Shown in pieces: positions 1 to 12,801 of a DNA stretch of 64,000 nucleotides. The notes below the pieces were generated by a model that ran no database searches, was not told where the DNA came from, and was given only the letters and a program-made list of their open reading frames with translations. The DNA comes from an uncultured delta proteobacterium (GTDB lineage Bacteria; Desulfobacterota; Binatia; Binatales; Binataceae), in the NCBI GenBank assembly GCA_963848285.1, contig CAWKCZ010000003.1, positions 68,009 through 132,008 on the forward strand, given 5' to 3'. The position numbers were made by a program, and so were the translations under genes. The stretch's first letter is position 1, and every line of letters starts with the position of its first letter.

Positions 1-745
1 CGCACGAGTCAGCCTTTAAGCTTGCCCCGCCGACCAAAGCCCCGTCAATATCGGGCTTCGCCATCAGCGAGTCAATGTTTTCAGGCGTGACGCTGCCGCC
101 ATAGAGGATGCGGGTCAGCGCGGCGTTTGCCTTGCCCCACGAATCGTCGAGGAATTCGCGAATCGAGCCGTGCACGAGCTGCGCCTGTTCGGGGGTCGCG
201 GTCTTGCCGGTGCCGATCGCCCATACCGGCTCGTAGGCGATGACAACGGTTGCGGCCGCCTCACCGGCAATTCCCGAGAGGCCGTTCTCGAGTTGGCGCA
301 TGACGACCTCGACGGTCTTGCTTCCCTCGCGCTCCTGCAGCGTCTCGCCGACGCACAGAATGGGAACCATCCGATGCTTCAGCGCCGCGACTACTTTCTT
401 GTTTGCGAATTGATCAGATTCGAGGAAGACGTGGCGGCGCTCCGAATGCCCGATGATGACGTGGCTAACACCGAATGCCTTCAGCATTGGAGGCGAAACC
501 TCGCCGGTGAAGGCGCCACTGTCTTCCCAATGCATGTTCTGCGCGCCGAGGGCGACCGATGATCCCGCAAGCGCCTGCGCGACCGCCGGGATGACGACGG
601 TTGCGGGCGCGACAAGCAGGTCGCGATCCTTCGCGAGTTGCGCGGCGACCGGATCGATTTGCTTGCGCAGATCGGCGAGCATCGCGCGCGCGTCGTTGGC
701 GCCGAGGTTCATCTTCCAGTTAGCAGCCATGAGCTTGCGTCGCAT
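1..745 (-). CDS. tpiA: Triosephosphate isomerase (3' end runs off the window start)
   Basis: My minus-strand translation from CAT at 743-745 reads MRRKLMAANWKMN...VIIGHSERR...AYEPVWAIGTGKTATPEQA...YGGSV. It directly follows pgk. It is missing from the ORF track because there is no stop codon inside the window. Confidence 0.93.
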   Translation of the reverse strand, partial: MRRKLMAANWKMNLGANDARAMLADLRKQIDPVAAQLAKDRDLLVAPATVVIPAVAQALAGSSVALGAQNMHWEDSGAFTGEVSPPMLKAFGVSHVIIGHSERRHVFLESDQFANKKVVAALKHRMVPILCVGETLQEREGSKTVEVVMRQLENGLSGIAGEAAATVVIAYEPVWAIGTGKTATPEQAQLVHGSIREFLDDSWGKANAALTRILYGGSVTPENIDSLMAKPDIDGALVGGASLKADSC

Positions 746-1921
746 CTAGACCTCCAGCGCCTTGACCCCGGGCAATTCCTTGCCCTCGAGATATTCCAGC
801 GTCGCGCCACCGCCGGTGGAAATATGGGTGAAGCGCGACGACCATGGCTGATGCCCCACCGCGGCGGCGGTGTCGCCTCCACCGATGATGGTTTTCGCAT
901 CGACAAGATTCGCCATCGCCTCGCCGACGCGCATGGTGCCGGCCGCGAAAGCCTCATGCTCGAAGAATCCCAGCGGCCCGTTCCATATCACGGTCTTCGC
1001 GCTCTGAAGCCGCTGGATGAAATCCTCGATGGTGCGCGGACCGATGTCGAGGCCCATCATCTCGGAGGGAATCTCCGTCACGACCTGCGCGGTCTCGGGG
1101 CGATCCGGCGCGGCCGCCACGATGTGATCTACCGGTAGGCAGAACTGGACATTATGTTTCTCGGCCTCGGCGGTCAGCTCCCGCGCGAGGTCCAACTTGT
1201 CGTCCTCGACGCGCGAGGTGCCGATCGGAAGTCCGGCCGCTTTCAGGAAGGTGTAAGCCATCGCGCCGCCGATCAGGATCGCATCGACCTTGTTGAACAG
1301 GTTGCGGATGACGCCAATCTTGTCGGAGACTTTTGCGCCTCCCAGTATGGCAATGGATGGTCGGGCGGGATTTTCCGTCACCGCGCGCAACGCCTCCAGC
1401 TCGCGCATCATCAGAAAGCCCGCCGCCCGCTCCGCGATGAAGCGCGTGACCCCCACGGTCGAGGCATGCGCACGATGCGCGGTTCCGAATGCGTCGTTGA
1501 CGTAGGCATCTTTCGCGCGCGCCAGCTCATGCGAGAAGTCGCGGTCGTTCGCCTCTTCCTCTTTGTGGTAGCGCAGGTTCTCCAGCAAAATCGCATCGCC
1601 CGGCTTCAGCGCCGCGACCATTCTGCCCGTCACCTCGCCGATGCAATCGGGCGCGAGGCCGACCTTTTGCCCCAGCACGCCCGTGAGATATTCCGCGATC
1701 GGCTTCAGGCTCAACTCGGGCGCGCGTTCCTTGGGCCGCCCCAGATGCGAACACAACACCGCGATGCCGCCCTCCTTAAGGATGTGGCGGATGGTGTCGA
1801 GGCTCGCGTCGATGCGCGCGGGGTCGGTGATCTTCCCGGCCTCGAGCGGCACATTGAAGTCGCATCGCACGAGGACCTTTTTGCCCGCGAGTTGCAGCTC
1901 GGTGATGGAACGAACCGGCAT
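746..1921 (-). CDS. pgk: Phosphoglycerate kinase
   Basis: Intact 391-aa ORF: [13 protein letters not shown]...SHLGRPK...[15 protein letters not shown]...[14 protein letters not shown]. Confidence 0.97.
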   Translation of the reverse strand: MPVRSITELQLAGKKVLVRCDFNVPLEAGKITDPARIDASLDTIRHILKEGGIAVLCSHLGRPKERAPELSLKPIAEYLTGVLGQKVGLAPDCIGEVTGRMVAALKPGDAILLENLRYHKEEEANDRDFSHELARAKDAYVNDAFGTAHRAHASTVGVTRFIAERAAGFLMMRELEALRAVTENPARPSIAILGGAKVSDKIGVIRNLFNKVDAILIGGAMAYTFLKAAGLPIGTSRVEDDKLDLARELTAEAEKHNVQFCLPVDHIVAAAPDRPETAQVVTEIPSEMMGLDIGPRTIEDFIQRLQSAKTVIWNGPLGFFEHEAFAAGTMRVGEAMANLVDAKTIIGGGDTAAAVGHQPWSSRFTHISTGGGATLEYLEGKELPGVKALEV

Positions 1922-1934
1922 TCATTGCTTTTCC

Positions 1935-2944
<1,010 letters not shown>

Positions 2945-3193
2945 GTTTTCAAAGCCTCCTTGTGAATCCGTATGCCCGGAGCCGTAGAGCCCTTTAATAA
3001 CCCAACTCGACGTTAAAGGAAAAGTATCATAATCCGCGCAACGAACCGGGGTGTAGTCCGTTCTATTAAAATGGTGAGGGTGGTTTTGGCTCATGGCAAA
3101 GCCGTATAGAATCTAACCGGGTTGACGATGTTCATTTCAAACCCCACCCCTGCTTTCCGCCTGCGCGACGAAGCAGGGGATCCTGGAGAACCT

Positions 3194-3899
3194 ATGAGCG
3201 GTGGTGTGGGCGGAATGAGTGTGGTGGGACTCCTGCTTGGGACCGGGCCGGTCGTCCAGGCCGTCATCGTGATCCTGATCGCGTTCTCGGTCGGAAGCTG
3301 GGGCATCATCATTTACAAGCTGGTGCAGACCACCCGCGCGCGGCGCGAGTCGGATCGCTTCACCACGATTTTCTGGGAATCCAAAAATCTCGCCGCGATA
3401 AACACCTCGAGCGTCGGGCTGATTTACTCGCCGGTCGCGAAAGTCTTTCGCGCCGGATACCAGGAACTCCTGCAACTCAATCGCGCCAAGCGCCAGGTGG
3501 TCGGCGGCGAGGATCGCATGGGCGCGGAATTCGGCGGCATCGAAAACGTCACCCGCTCGATGAAGCGTCAGCAGAACGTTGAAATGACCAAGCTGGAATA
3601 CGGCCTGACGTTCCTTGCCACCACCGGATCGACCTCACCCTTCGTCGGGCTGTTCGGCACCGTATGGGGCATCATGACGGCATTTCTCGGGATTGTCCGC
3701 CGCGCATTCGTCGAGCATCCAGGCGGTCGCCCCCGGCATCGCCGAGGCGCTGATCACGACCGCGATCGGACTCGCGGCCGCCATTCCGGCACAGGTCTTC
3801 TACAACTACCTGACAGGACGCGTGCAGGTGTTGGCCATCGATATGGAAAACTTCATCAGCGAGTTCCTCAACATCGCGGAACGGCATTTCTTTTCGTAA
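3194..3899 (+). pseudogene. tolQ: Tol-Pal system protein TolQ (MotA/TolQ/ExbB channel family), one frameshift near 3690
   Basis: ATG at 3194 follows a GGAG. N-terminal part of ORF 3122-4129 (GPVVQAVIVILIAFSVGSWGIIIYK...FLATTGSTSPFVGLFGTVWGIM) continues in ORF 3693-3899 (IQAVAPGIAEALITTAIGLAAAIP). Confidence 0.88.
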
Positions 3900-3905
3900 A
3901 CGCCG

Positions 3906-4338
<433 letters not shown>

Positions 4339-4340
4339 TC

Positions 4341-5476
4341 GTGGAAGGGCAGCGACCTTATAGCGACGACGAGCGCCCCGGATGGGCCGGGTATGTCGCG
4401 GCCATCGCCGTATCGGCCTTGGCGCACATCGGGATTCTCGCGTTCGCGCTGCTGGTGCTGCCGAGCTGGCTCCATTCGGAGACGGTGACGCCTCCCAGCA
4501 TGACGGTGAAGATCGTCGACAACATTCCAGCCGGGGATTTGGGGACGCATCTGCCGAAGCTCGCAGGACGTAAGCCCGAGCAGGTCGCGAAGGCCGAGGT
4601 GAAGCCCGATGTCCCTCCGCCGCCCGAGGAGAAACCTCCTGCCGCCGCCGGAACCTCCCAAGCCCGACGAGGACAAGAATGCGGTCTCGTTGAAGGCCGC
4701 CACGACTGTGCCGACTCCGACGCCGACCCCGGAGCCGCCACCCGCTCCGACCGCGGTACCAGCGACCACGGAACCTACTCCAATCGAAACGGCGAAGCCG
4801 ACCGAAACTCCAAAAAAGGTGGCGGAGCCCAAGCCGACGCCGAAACCTCCCGAAGCCAAACCGCATAGGCACGAAAAGGTCATCGTCCACAATACGCCCA
4901 AGGCCAAGAGCACCCCGGTCCAGATGGCGAAGGCCGAGAACACTCCCGATGTCCACGAGCAGTTCCGCAAGCTGCAGCAGGATCTCCTCAAGCGTCGCAT
5001 CGCGGAGGCCAGGAAGCGCGCCGCCGAGGACGACTCGTCCGATGACGATGATGATTCCGAGACGGAGACGGCGTCATTAGGCAAAAACACCGGCGGTCCG
5101 CGCGGTCCGGTCGCAGGCACCGCGAATACCGAAGGTAAGGGTTACGGCGTCGGTTCCGGCACCGGCAGCATGGGCAAACTCGAGGACCTTCAGTACCTGC
5201 TCTACTTCCGCACCGTCCAGCAGCGGGTGAAGGATGCCTGGACCTTTCCCGGAGGCTCCAACGACCTCAGTGCCGATGTGGAGTTTTCCATCGGCGCCGA
5301 CGGCACGCTCAATGGCGTAAAGATCGCGAAAAGCTCGGGCGACTCGGCCTTCGATGAATCGGTGCTTGCGCGCCATCCGCCGGGCGGCGCCCTTTCCGCC
5401 GCCGCCGGATCGTTATCGCTCGCAATTCGCCGACGTCATTTCGAGCTTCAAACTCGGAGAGCTTAAATCATCGTGA
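4341..5476 (+). pseudogene. tolA: TolA/TonB-family envelope protein (TM anchor, Pro/Lys/Glu-rich spacer, TonB_C-like C-terminus), frameshifts near 4650 and 5375
   Basis: Sits between tolR and tolB. N-terminal TM segment AAIAVSALAHIGILAFALLV, a PEPPKPDE.../KPTPKPPEAKP spacer, and a C-terminal LLYFRTVQQRVKDAWTFP...ADGTLNGVKIAKSSGDSAFDESV. The last 30 codons (RAIRRAAPFPPPPDRYRSQF...LKSS, stop at 5474-5476) are in another frame. Confidence 0.8.
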
Positions 5477-5564
5477 TCGGATTCTGAAGTTTGCGCAGGG
5501 TCGGTGCTGCTAAGCACCTCGCGTAGTCGGTATTCTTTTTGAGGGGTTGAAGTGCAGGGGAAAA

Positions 5565-6890
5565 ATGAGGCGTCTTCTTTTATCTCTACTTCCAGTATTC
5601 GTTTCATTCGTCTTTCTCTCATGCGCCATCGATGCGGCCGCGCAGACCCGCATGACCATCACTGGCGCCAGCGGACAAACCTGGCCGGTCGCGGTATCGG
5701 GCCTGAAGAATCTCGGCGGCGACGACAGCAACGCGCTCTCCTCGCGTTTCGATCGCATTTGTCGCGCGACTGATGCTGTCCGGCTACTACACGCTAGTTG
5801 ACCCGCACACTTTCATCGAAGATCCGCAAAATTCCGGCTTCGAGATCGGCCAGTTCAACTTCGATGACTGGAAATCGATTCGCGCGGAATTTCTGGTCAA
5901 AGGCTCGGTGAAAGTTGCCGGCGGCAAGGTCCAACTGACCGCGCGTCTGTTCGACGTTTACCAGCAGCGCGCGATCATGGGGAAAACTTTCAACGGCGAT
6001 CCGAGCGAGGTCCCCCGGATGGCGCGGCGCTTCGCGGACGCGGTTCTCAAAGCCGTCACCGGCATCCAGGGTCCCTTCGACAGCAAGCTCGCGTTCGTCT
6101 CGACCCGCGGCGGCAGGTTCAAGGAAATCTACACCCAGACCATCGACGGCGAGGATCTCTTCCAGGTCACCAACAATCCCACCATCAACCTTTTTCCGAT
6201 GTGGGATCGCAACGTCGGACCAGCTCCTCTACCTGTCGTTCAAGACAATGGCGCCCGCGCTCTACATCGCGAATCTGCGCGAGCGGCGCGAAACCCGCAT
6301 CGATACGCGCCACGGCCGCATCATCGGCGGCGCCATCACGCCCGATGGGCATCGGATTGTCGCGGCAATTGAAAACGGCGGCGACCACCAATCTTTACCT
6401 GATGGAGTCCAATGGCGAGGAAATTCGCCAACTGACCGACACCGGCGGCATCAACGTCAGCCCGGCTTTCTCGCCCGATGGGCAAACGCTCGCGTTCACT
6501 TCCGATCGGTCCGGTACGCCGCAGATTTACACGATGGGGGTCGAGGGCGGCGCGCCCAAGCGCGTGACGTATTCGGGGAACTACAACACCACGCCGGCGA
6601 TCTCGCCCAAGGGCGACTACATCGCGTATCAGAGCCGCGGCGGTGGACGTTTCGATATCTTCGCGATTCCGGTCGGCGGCGGCAATCCCGTTCAGCTAAC
6701 TGACGGTCGGGGCTCCAACGAATCGGCCTCGTGGTCGCCCGACGGTCGTTACATCGCGTTCAGCTCGACCCGCGGCGGGCACGCGCACATCTACATTTTG
6801 CAAGTTGAATCGCACAAAATCATATCTGCACTGACGGAGGACAATGGCAATGATACGAATCCATCGTGGTCGTGGTGGCTCAGTGACTAG
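5565..6890 (+). pseudogene. tolB: Tol-Pal system beta-propeller protein TolB, several frameshifts (about 5750-5775, 6205, 6385)
   Basis: Signal peptide MRRLLLSLLPVFVSFVFLSCA, then pieces 5773-6372 and 6201-6890 with WD40-like PD40 repeats (SPAFSPDGQTLAFTS, PAISPKGDYIAYQS, ASWSPDGRYIAFSS). Confidence 0.88.
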
Positions 6891-7431
6891 GACCGCGGAG
6901 GTCGCGCGCTTCGCGGTGACAGCCCTGCTCTGCTTTTCGCTCGGCATCGCCGGATGCTCATCCAAAAAAACCCAGGGAGTTGGCGATCTCAACAGCGGCC
7001 AGAGCGGTACGGTGGGGAAGACAACCGAGGACGATTCCCTCCACAACTTCTCTCAAAACAAACCGCTGGGTGGCGAAGGCGGACCTCTGTCGGACATTCA
7101 TTTCGGATACAACGACTACACGGTGCAGCCGCAGGACAGTTCGATCCTCAAAGCCAACGCGAGTTGGTTACAGGCACATCCTGATACCAAGGTGCAGGTC
7201 GAGGGCAACTGCGACGAGCGCGGCTCCGAGGAGTACAACATCGCGTTGGGGGCCAAGCGCGCGCAGTCGGCCAAGGATTATCTGACCACCCTGGGGATCG
7301 CGCCGAATCGCATCACTACCATCAGCTATGGCAAAGAGTTACCGCTTTGCCATGAATCCGACGAGTCGTGCTGGCAGCGCAATCGTCGCGATCATTTCGT
7401 CGTCAGCGGCAACCAGGCCGCCGGCCAATAG
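6844..7431 (+). CDS. pal: Peptidoglycan-associated lipoprotein Pal (OmpA-like C-terminal domain)
   Basis: Lipobox LGIAGC. OmpA motif: IHFGYNDYTV...VQVEGNCDERGSEEYNIALGAKRAQSAKDYL...ISYGKE. The real start may be the GTG at 6883, which overlaps the tolB stop. Confidence 0.92.
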   Translation: MAMIRIHRGRGGSVTRTAEVARFAVTALLCFSLGIAGCSSKKTQGVGDLNSGQSGTVGKTTEDDSLHNFSQNKPLGGEGGPLSDIHFGYNDYTVQPQDSSILKANASWLQAHPDTKVQVEGNCDERGSEEYNIALGAKRAQSAKDYLTTLGIAPNRITTISYGKELPLCHESDESCWQRNRRDHFVVSGNQAAGQ

Positions 7432-7442
7432 GAGCAACCACG

Positions 7443-8327
7443 TTGCGCTTTTCTTCCATCACCATACCTGCCGCCATACTTGCTGCTATGGGCTTTCTCA
7501 GCGGATGCTCCGATCAGGCCGCCAACGTAAATCAACTCAACCAGAACGAGTTCGCGTTGCGTGGAATGATTGCGACCGACCGCCAGCAGATCGATTCGTT
7601 GCGCGCCGAGTTGCGGCGCACCCAGGATGAAATCGCCGAATTGAAACATGGCAACGCCGCCAAGGCCGGCGGAGCGGCGCCCGCCGATTCCAACGAACGC
7701 ATCGCCAAGCTGGAATCCGAAGTCAATGCGATGCAAGCGGCGATGCCGAATTCAGCGGTTCCTCCCGCGCCCGGCGGCGAGATTCCCGGCGCTCCCGCGC
7801 CCGCTCCAGGAGCTCCCGCGGTGAGCTCGATATCGCCGGGCCCCGCGGCTGGTGGGCCTCCGGGCGCAGCCGGCGCCGGACCCGAGCCCGCGCCGACCTG
7901 GCCCCAGGACCTCGACAAGGAGTTAGCGGATGCCGGGAACTCCAAAGATCCGGGAGCGAAGATCTATCGCAAAGGCCTCGAAACGATGAAGGCCGGCAAC
8001 TATCCGACCGCGATCGTCAACTTCGCCAAGGTGCAGCATAGCTACCCCAAGTCGCCGCTCTCGGAGCCCTCGCAATACTTCACCGCCAACGCATTCTATG
8101 AGAGCGGCAAATACGAGCAGGCGATTTTGCAATTCAACGATTTGACCATGCGCTTTCCCAGCAGCCGTTTCCTTTGCGAGAGTCTGCTGCGCGAGGGAGA
8201 ATCATTCGTGCGGCTCAACGATCGCATCGATGCGCGGTTGACCTTGCAGAAGCTGGCGAACAATTCGAATTGCTCGAACGAAGCGACGGCCGCCAACGCG
8301 ATGCTGAAAAATCTGGGCAGCGACTAA
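7443..8327 (+). CDS. cpoB: Tol-Pal system protein CpoB/YbgF (coiled coil plus TPR)
   Basis: TTG at 7443 lies 9 nt after a GGAG. Lipobox-like FLSGC, a coiled coil (QQIDSLRAELRRTQDEIAELK), an Ala/Pro-rich linker, and C-terminal TPRs (YRKGLETMKAGNYPTAIVNFAKV...YFTANAFYESGKYEQAI). It is the last gene of the tol-pal cluster. Confidence 0.85.
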   Translation: MRFSSITIPAAILAAMGFLSGCSDQAANVNQLNQNEFALRGMIATDRQQIDSLRAELRRTQDEIAELKHGNAAKAGGAAPADSNERIAKLESEVNAMQAAMPNSAVPPAPGGEIPGAPAPAPGAPAVSSISPGPAAGGPPGAAGAGPEPAPTWPQDLDKELADAGNSKDPGAKIYRKGLETMKAGNYPTAIVNFAKVQHSYPKSPLSEPSQYFTANAFYESGKYEQAILQFNDLTMRFPSSRFLCESLLREGESFVRLNDRIDARLTLQKLANNSNCSNEATAANAMLKNLGSD

Positions 8328-8361
8328 AAGTTGATGGACGAGGCGGAATCACAGAGAACCT

Positions 8362-8440
8362 GCGACCGAGACCCGAAGGGGGCGCGCAGCGCCACGCCGC
8401 AGGCGTACCCGAGGCGGAGCGAAGCGTAGTCGAGGGAAAT
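8362..8440 (+). repeat. Solo copy of the GC-rich part of the 93-bp unit that is tandemly repeated at 18898-19440 (same orientation relative to its downstream gene)
   Basis: GCGACCGAGACCCGAAGGGGGCG...CGCCGCAGGCGTACCCGAGGCGGAGCGAAGCGTAGTCGAGGGAAAT aligns with the array unit read on the minus strand: TCGACTGAGACGCGAAGCGGGCG...CGCCGCAGGCGCTCCCGAGAGCGGAGCGCAGCGGAGGCGAGGGAAAT. It ends 8 nt before the ribF ATG. Confidence 0.7.
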
Positions 8441-8448
8441 ATCCAGAC

Positions 8449-9372
8449 ATGCAAATTATCCGCGACCTCGACACGATTGCGCGACATCCGTATCCGGTGG
8501 TGGCGTTCGGAAATTTCGACGGCGCACACCTCGGGCATCGTGCAATCCTGAAGGCCGCGATGGATCGCGCGCGCGCCGCGGGCGGCACCGCATTCGCGAT
8601 GACTTTCGATCCGCTGCCCTCGAAGGTGCTGTTTCCCGAGCGCGCTCCGAAGCTGATCCTGCTACCCGAAGACAAACTCGAGCTGCTGCGGATCTCCGGC
8701 ATCGACGGCGTGATCGTGGTGCACTTCACCCACGAGTTCAGCCTCATCGAGCCGCGCGATTTCGTGCGCGACTACCTGGTCGGCAAGATCGGGGTGCGCG
8801 AAGTCGTGGTCGGGCATAGCGTGAACTTCGGGCATAAGCGCGCCGGCAGCGCCTCGGTGATGGTCGAGCTGGGACGCGAATTCGGCTTCGACACCACAGT
8901 GGTCGGGCCGGTAAAGCACGCCGGGATGGAAGTTTCCTCGACCAAGATTCGCGAGCTGATTTCGAACGGCGATGTGCGCAGCGCCGCCAAGCTATTGGGG
9001 CGCTATCATTTTCTGCACGGGCCGGTGGTGCGCGGACGCGAGCGCGGACGCACGATTGGATTTCCTACCGCCAACCTCGAAAGCGAAACCGAGCTGATGC
9101 CGCCCGACGGCGTCTACGCGACGCGCGTGATCCTCGACCATGGGCACTACGGCTCGATCACCAACATCGGGATGCGTCCGACCTTCAACGAGACCGCGCG
9201 CTGTATCGAGGCGCACATCTTCGACTTCAATCGCGACATCTACGGGCATCGCATCAAGCTGGAGCTGATCGAGCGGATCAGGGGCGAGAAAAAATTCGCC
9301 TCCGCCGACGAGCTCCGGCATCAGATTGCGCAGGATCTGACCCGCGCGCGCGAAATCGTCGCCAGCGCATAA
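8449..9372 (+). CDS. ribF: Bifunctional riboflavin kinase / FMN adenylyltransferase
   Basis: Intact 307 aa: VVAFGNFDGAHLGHRAIL...GFPTANL...PDGVYA...THIFDFNRDIYG. Confidence 0.95.
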   Translation: MQIIRDLDTIARHPYPVVAFGNFDGAHLGHRAILKAAMDRARAAGGTAFAMTFDPLPSKVLFPERAPKLILLPEDKLELLRISGIDGVIVVHFTHEFSLIEPRDFVRDYLVGKIGVREVVVGHSVNFGHKRAGSASVMVELGREFGFDTTVVGPVKHAGMEVSSTKIRELISNGDVRSAAKLLGRYHFLHGPVVRGRERGRTIGFPTANLESETELMPPDGVYATRVILDHGHYGSITNIGMRPTFNETARCIEAHIFDFNRDIYGHRIKLELIERIRGEKKFASADELRHQIAQDLTRAREIVASA

Positions 9373-9379
9373 TCTCACA

Positions 9380-10534
9380 GTGAGCAACGAGCGCAGGCTG
9401 ACCGCACTGGCATACGCCTGCCTGCTGATGTTCGGCCTCCATGCCGGCTGGATCGGACCCTTTCTAGCGCAGATCTCGCACGCACTATTGATTCCCATCG
9501 ACGACGCGGGGCTGGTCGTCAGCGCGGCCTCGGCGGGCTACTTCGTCTCACTGCTGGTCACCGGCTCGCTGAGCCATCGCTACAGCGCGCAGAGAATCCT
9601 GGTCCTCGCGATGGCGGCATTCGGCGCCGGACTCTTCGGCCTCGCGCTCGCCCCGGGCTTGTCGATGCTGCTGTGGAGCGGCGTGTTGCTGGGAGCCGGC
9701 AACGGCGCCATCGATATCGCTGCTAACGCGCTGATAGTGGACCTCAATCGGGAGCGGCTGGCCACCGCGCTGAACTACCTGCACATGCTGTTCGGCGTCG
9801 GCGCGCTGATGGGCCCGCTGATTGTCGGCTTCGCGCTGGCGTGGACGATTCCATACTGGTGGATCTTCGCACTGGGAGGACTGGTATGCGTCGCAGTTGC
9901 GACCTCGCTGGCCCGCTCCCCGGCAGTCGAGGTTCGCGTCCCGTCCACTCCCGGTGGAATTATGCCGATTCTCGCGCATCCGCTGATTTGGGTACTGGGC
10001 GGCATGCTGTTCCTCTATGTCGGCGGCGAGATGGGCATCGGGGCATGGCTCTTCCTCTACCTGCGCACCGCCGCGTCGCTGGGCGCGACGATTTCTTCGT
10101 GGGGCGTGTCGTTTTACTGGCTCGGCCTGATCGTCGGGCGGATCGTCGGAGGTCGCCTCGGGCATCGATTCGCCCCGCGCGAGGTCACGATTCTCGCGTC
10201 GACGCTTTCCGCGATGGCGATCATTGTGCTGATGGCGGCGCCGATGTGGCACGGCCTCGCCGCGGCAGCGGTATTCCTGATCGGCTTCGGCTACGGCCCG
10301 GTGTTCCCCAACATGATCGCGATTGGCGCCGCTCACTATCCGTCGCAGGTCGGCAGGATGTCCTCGATCGTGATCGCAGGCGGCGCGCTCGGCGGCGTCG
10401 TCGTGCCATGGCTGATGGGCCGCGCGATGGCGGTTTCGACTCCCGCCTCGAGCATGGCCTTCGCGCTGGCCGTCACCGTGCTGATGGCGCTCCTCGCGTT
10501 CGCCATCCGCGCCGAGGACGACCGCGCCGCCTGA
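9380..10534 (+). CDS. MFS transporter
   Basis: Intact 384 aa that reads as about 12 hydrophobic helices, with small-residue-rich MFS-like loops (GAGNGAIDIAANALIVDLNRER). Substrate unknown. Confidence 0.8.
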   Translation: MSNERRLTALAYACLLMFGLHAGWIGPFLAQISHALLIPIDDAGLVVSAASAGYFVSLLVTGSLSHRYSAQRILVLAMAAFGAGLFGLALAPGLSMLLWSGVLLGAGNGAIDIAANALIVDLNRERLATALNYLHMLFGVGALMGPLIVGFALAWTIPYWWIFALGGLVCVAVATSLARSPAVEVRVPSTPGGIMPILAHPLIWVLGGMLFLYVGGEMGIGAWLFLYLRTAASLGATISSWGVSFYWLGLIVGRIVGGRLGHRFAPREVTILASTLSAMAIIVLMAAPMWHGLAAAAVFLIGFGYGPVFPNMIAIGAAHYPSQVGRMSSIVIAGGALGGVVVPWLMGRAMAVSTPASSMAFALAVTVLMALLAFAIRAEDDRAA

Positions 10535-10651
10535 CGTCCGATATTTCGCGCCGCGCTTGTCTGCGCGTTTGCTCCGGGCAATTCTTCGAGCCGAGGTAAC
10601 CTCTCGGGCACCTTCTTGAATATTGCCGTTAACCCATGCCGCACTCTCAGA

Positions 10652-12789
10652 TCATTTCCCCGGAGGCTCGGTGGATTCCGCGACGATCTCGATAAGGTCG
10701 CGCACCCGCATCGAGTCTTCCAGTGAGCGCGACTTCAGCGCGTCTTCCATCATCGTCATGCAGAACGGGCATCCGACCGCCAGCGTCTTCGGATTCGCGA
10801 CGCTGATCTGATCGAAGCGCTTCTGATTGATGCGGGTGCCTTCGTGCTCTTCCTTCCACATGCATCCGCCGCCCGCGCCACAACAGAATGTACGATTTTT
10901 CGACTGATCGACGTCCTCGACCTCGGTGCCGGGAATCGCGCGCAGCGCGTTGCGCGCGCCGTCCCATTTCCGATTGTGCCGCGCCATGTAGCACGGGTCG
11001 TGATAGGTGATGCGCTCGTTGACCGCGATTGCGCGGCTTGAGGCGTCCGGCCTTGATCAGCTCGTCGAGGAATTCCGCCTCGTGCATGACCTCGTAATTG
11101 CCGCCGAAGTCCGGATACTCATTTTTCAGATTGTGGAAGCAATGCGGGCATTGCGTGATGATGCGCCGCGGCTTGTAGCGATTGAGCGTCTCGACGTTCT
11201 GCCCCGCCACCGTCGCATAGAGGTATTCGTTGCCGAGCCGGCGCGCCGGATCGCCGGTGCACATTTCTTCCTTGCCCAGAATGGCGAATTTTACGCCTGC
11301 CTGTTTCATCAGGCCGGCGAATGAGCGGCTGACCTTCTGATTGCGCTCATCGTATGAGCCCGCGCATCCGACCCAGTACAGCACGTCGATGTCGCTGGGG
11401 TCCTCGAGCTCGGCCATCTCGCGGAATTTCCAGCCCTGTCGGCCCAATCGGCGCGCTTCTCCTGCGCGATGCCCCACGGATTGCCCTGGTTCTCGATGCC
11501 CTTGAACGCGCTGGTCGCCTCCTGCGGGAAGCGCGATTCCATCAGCACGTCGTGGCGGCGCATGTCGACGATGCGCTGGATGTGCTCGATGCCGACCGGG
11601 CAACCCTCCTCGCACCATCCGCAGGTCGTGCATCCCCACACCGCTTCTTCGGTCGCGACCTCGGTGATCATGTCGGCGCCGTGATATTGCGGCAGCTCGG
11701 CCGCAGCCGTTCGCCGCCTCCGCCCTGATGCTTGAACAGGAACGGCGCCTTGCTCAGCAGATGCTCGCGCTGTTCGACCACCAGGAATTTCGGATTGAGC
11801 GTCTTGCCGGTGTTGACGGTCGGGCAGTTGATAGTGCAGCGGCCGCATTCGAGGCACGACGCCATGTCGAGCAGCGTCTTCCATCCATACTGCTCGACCT
11901 GCGAGACGCCGAAGGTCTCGGCATTTTCAAAATCCTTGATCGGCGCGAGCCGTCCGCGCGGATTGAGGTTGCGGAAGAACAGATTCAGCGGCGCAAAAAA
12001 CAGATGGCGCAGCTTGGTGAAGGGAAAGCAGAACAGCAGCCCGAACACCAGGATGACGTGGACGATCCACAGCGTGCGATGGTACATCGCGCCGGCGCCG
12101 ATCGCGCCTTCGATCTTCGCGATCTGGCGCCCGAGATAGGCCCATTCGGTGAAGTCCGGATGCTGCGCGTTGATGCGCGCGCCTTCCAGCATCAGGCCGG
12201 TGATGGCGACCAGCACCATCATCAGCATCGGGATTTCGTAGCCGAGCCGATTCTCGAAATTGTCGATCACTTTCTCCGGCCGGCGGCGCGCTCAGCATGC
12301 GTGGGACGTGCGAAACGCGCGGCGCGCTCCTTCCGCCAGCACCCCCATGATGAGCAGCAGGAAGAAGGTGTCCATCGCAGCTTTGTAGATGAGGTAGAAA
12401 TCGCCGTAGTAGAAAAACACCGGGATGCCGAGGCTCTTCAGCACCATCTGCACCGGCGTGATCGGGCCGAGGCTCGGATCATTGATGAGCACGATCACGG
12501 TGCCGATGAAGAGCCCGACGAACGCGACATAGAAGGAGTAATGCATCCAGCCCCAGGTCTCGCGGATGACGACGCCCTGGCCGAACGAATCGCGCAGCGC
12601 GAGGATGAGGCGGCGCGGAAGCTGATCGAAGCGGCCCTGCTCCGGCTGCCCCAGCGTCACGATGCGGAACCATCGCCATACCGCATAGATGATCGCCGCG
12701 GTCCATAACGCCGTGAGCGCATACATGATCACGACGAAGGCGTCGGGCACGTTCCACAGGATGGGGCGGGTTATTTGTTGGTCCATCAC
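10652..12789 (-). pseudogene. Membrane-anchored (Fe-S)-binding oxidoreductase, HdrD/DsrK-like (N-terminal polytopic domain, 2x[4Fe-4S] motifs, two CCG cysteine-rich domains); several frame breaks and one in-frame TGA
   Basis: Pieces 12292-12789, 11668-12270, 11309-11884, 10647-11639 and 10652-10987 join. They carry CLECGRCTINCP and CTTCGWCEEGCP ferredoxin motifs, and CCG motifs YWVGCAGSYD...CPHCFHNL and FCCGAGGG...VGCPFC. Pieces 12292-12789 and 11668-12270 share one frame, separated only by the TGA at 12292-12294. Confidence 0.8.
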
Positions 12790-12801
12790 AGCTCCGGTGG
12801 T

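Noticed and set aside
12292-12294. In-frame TGA joining ORFs 12292-12789 and 11668-12270 of the HdrD-like gene, considered as a second selenocysteine site
   Set aside because: It falls in a loop of the membrane domain (..FRTSHAC-TGA-ARRRPEK..), with no redox motif and no convincing downstream SECIS-like hairpin. The gene is otherwise riddled with indels. The alternative frame (MLSAPPAGE...) suggests a local compensated double frameshift.
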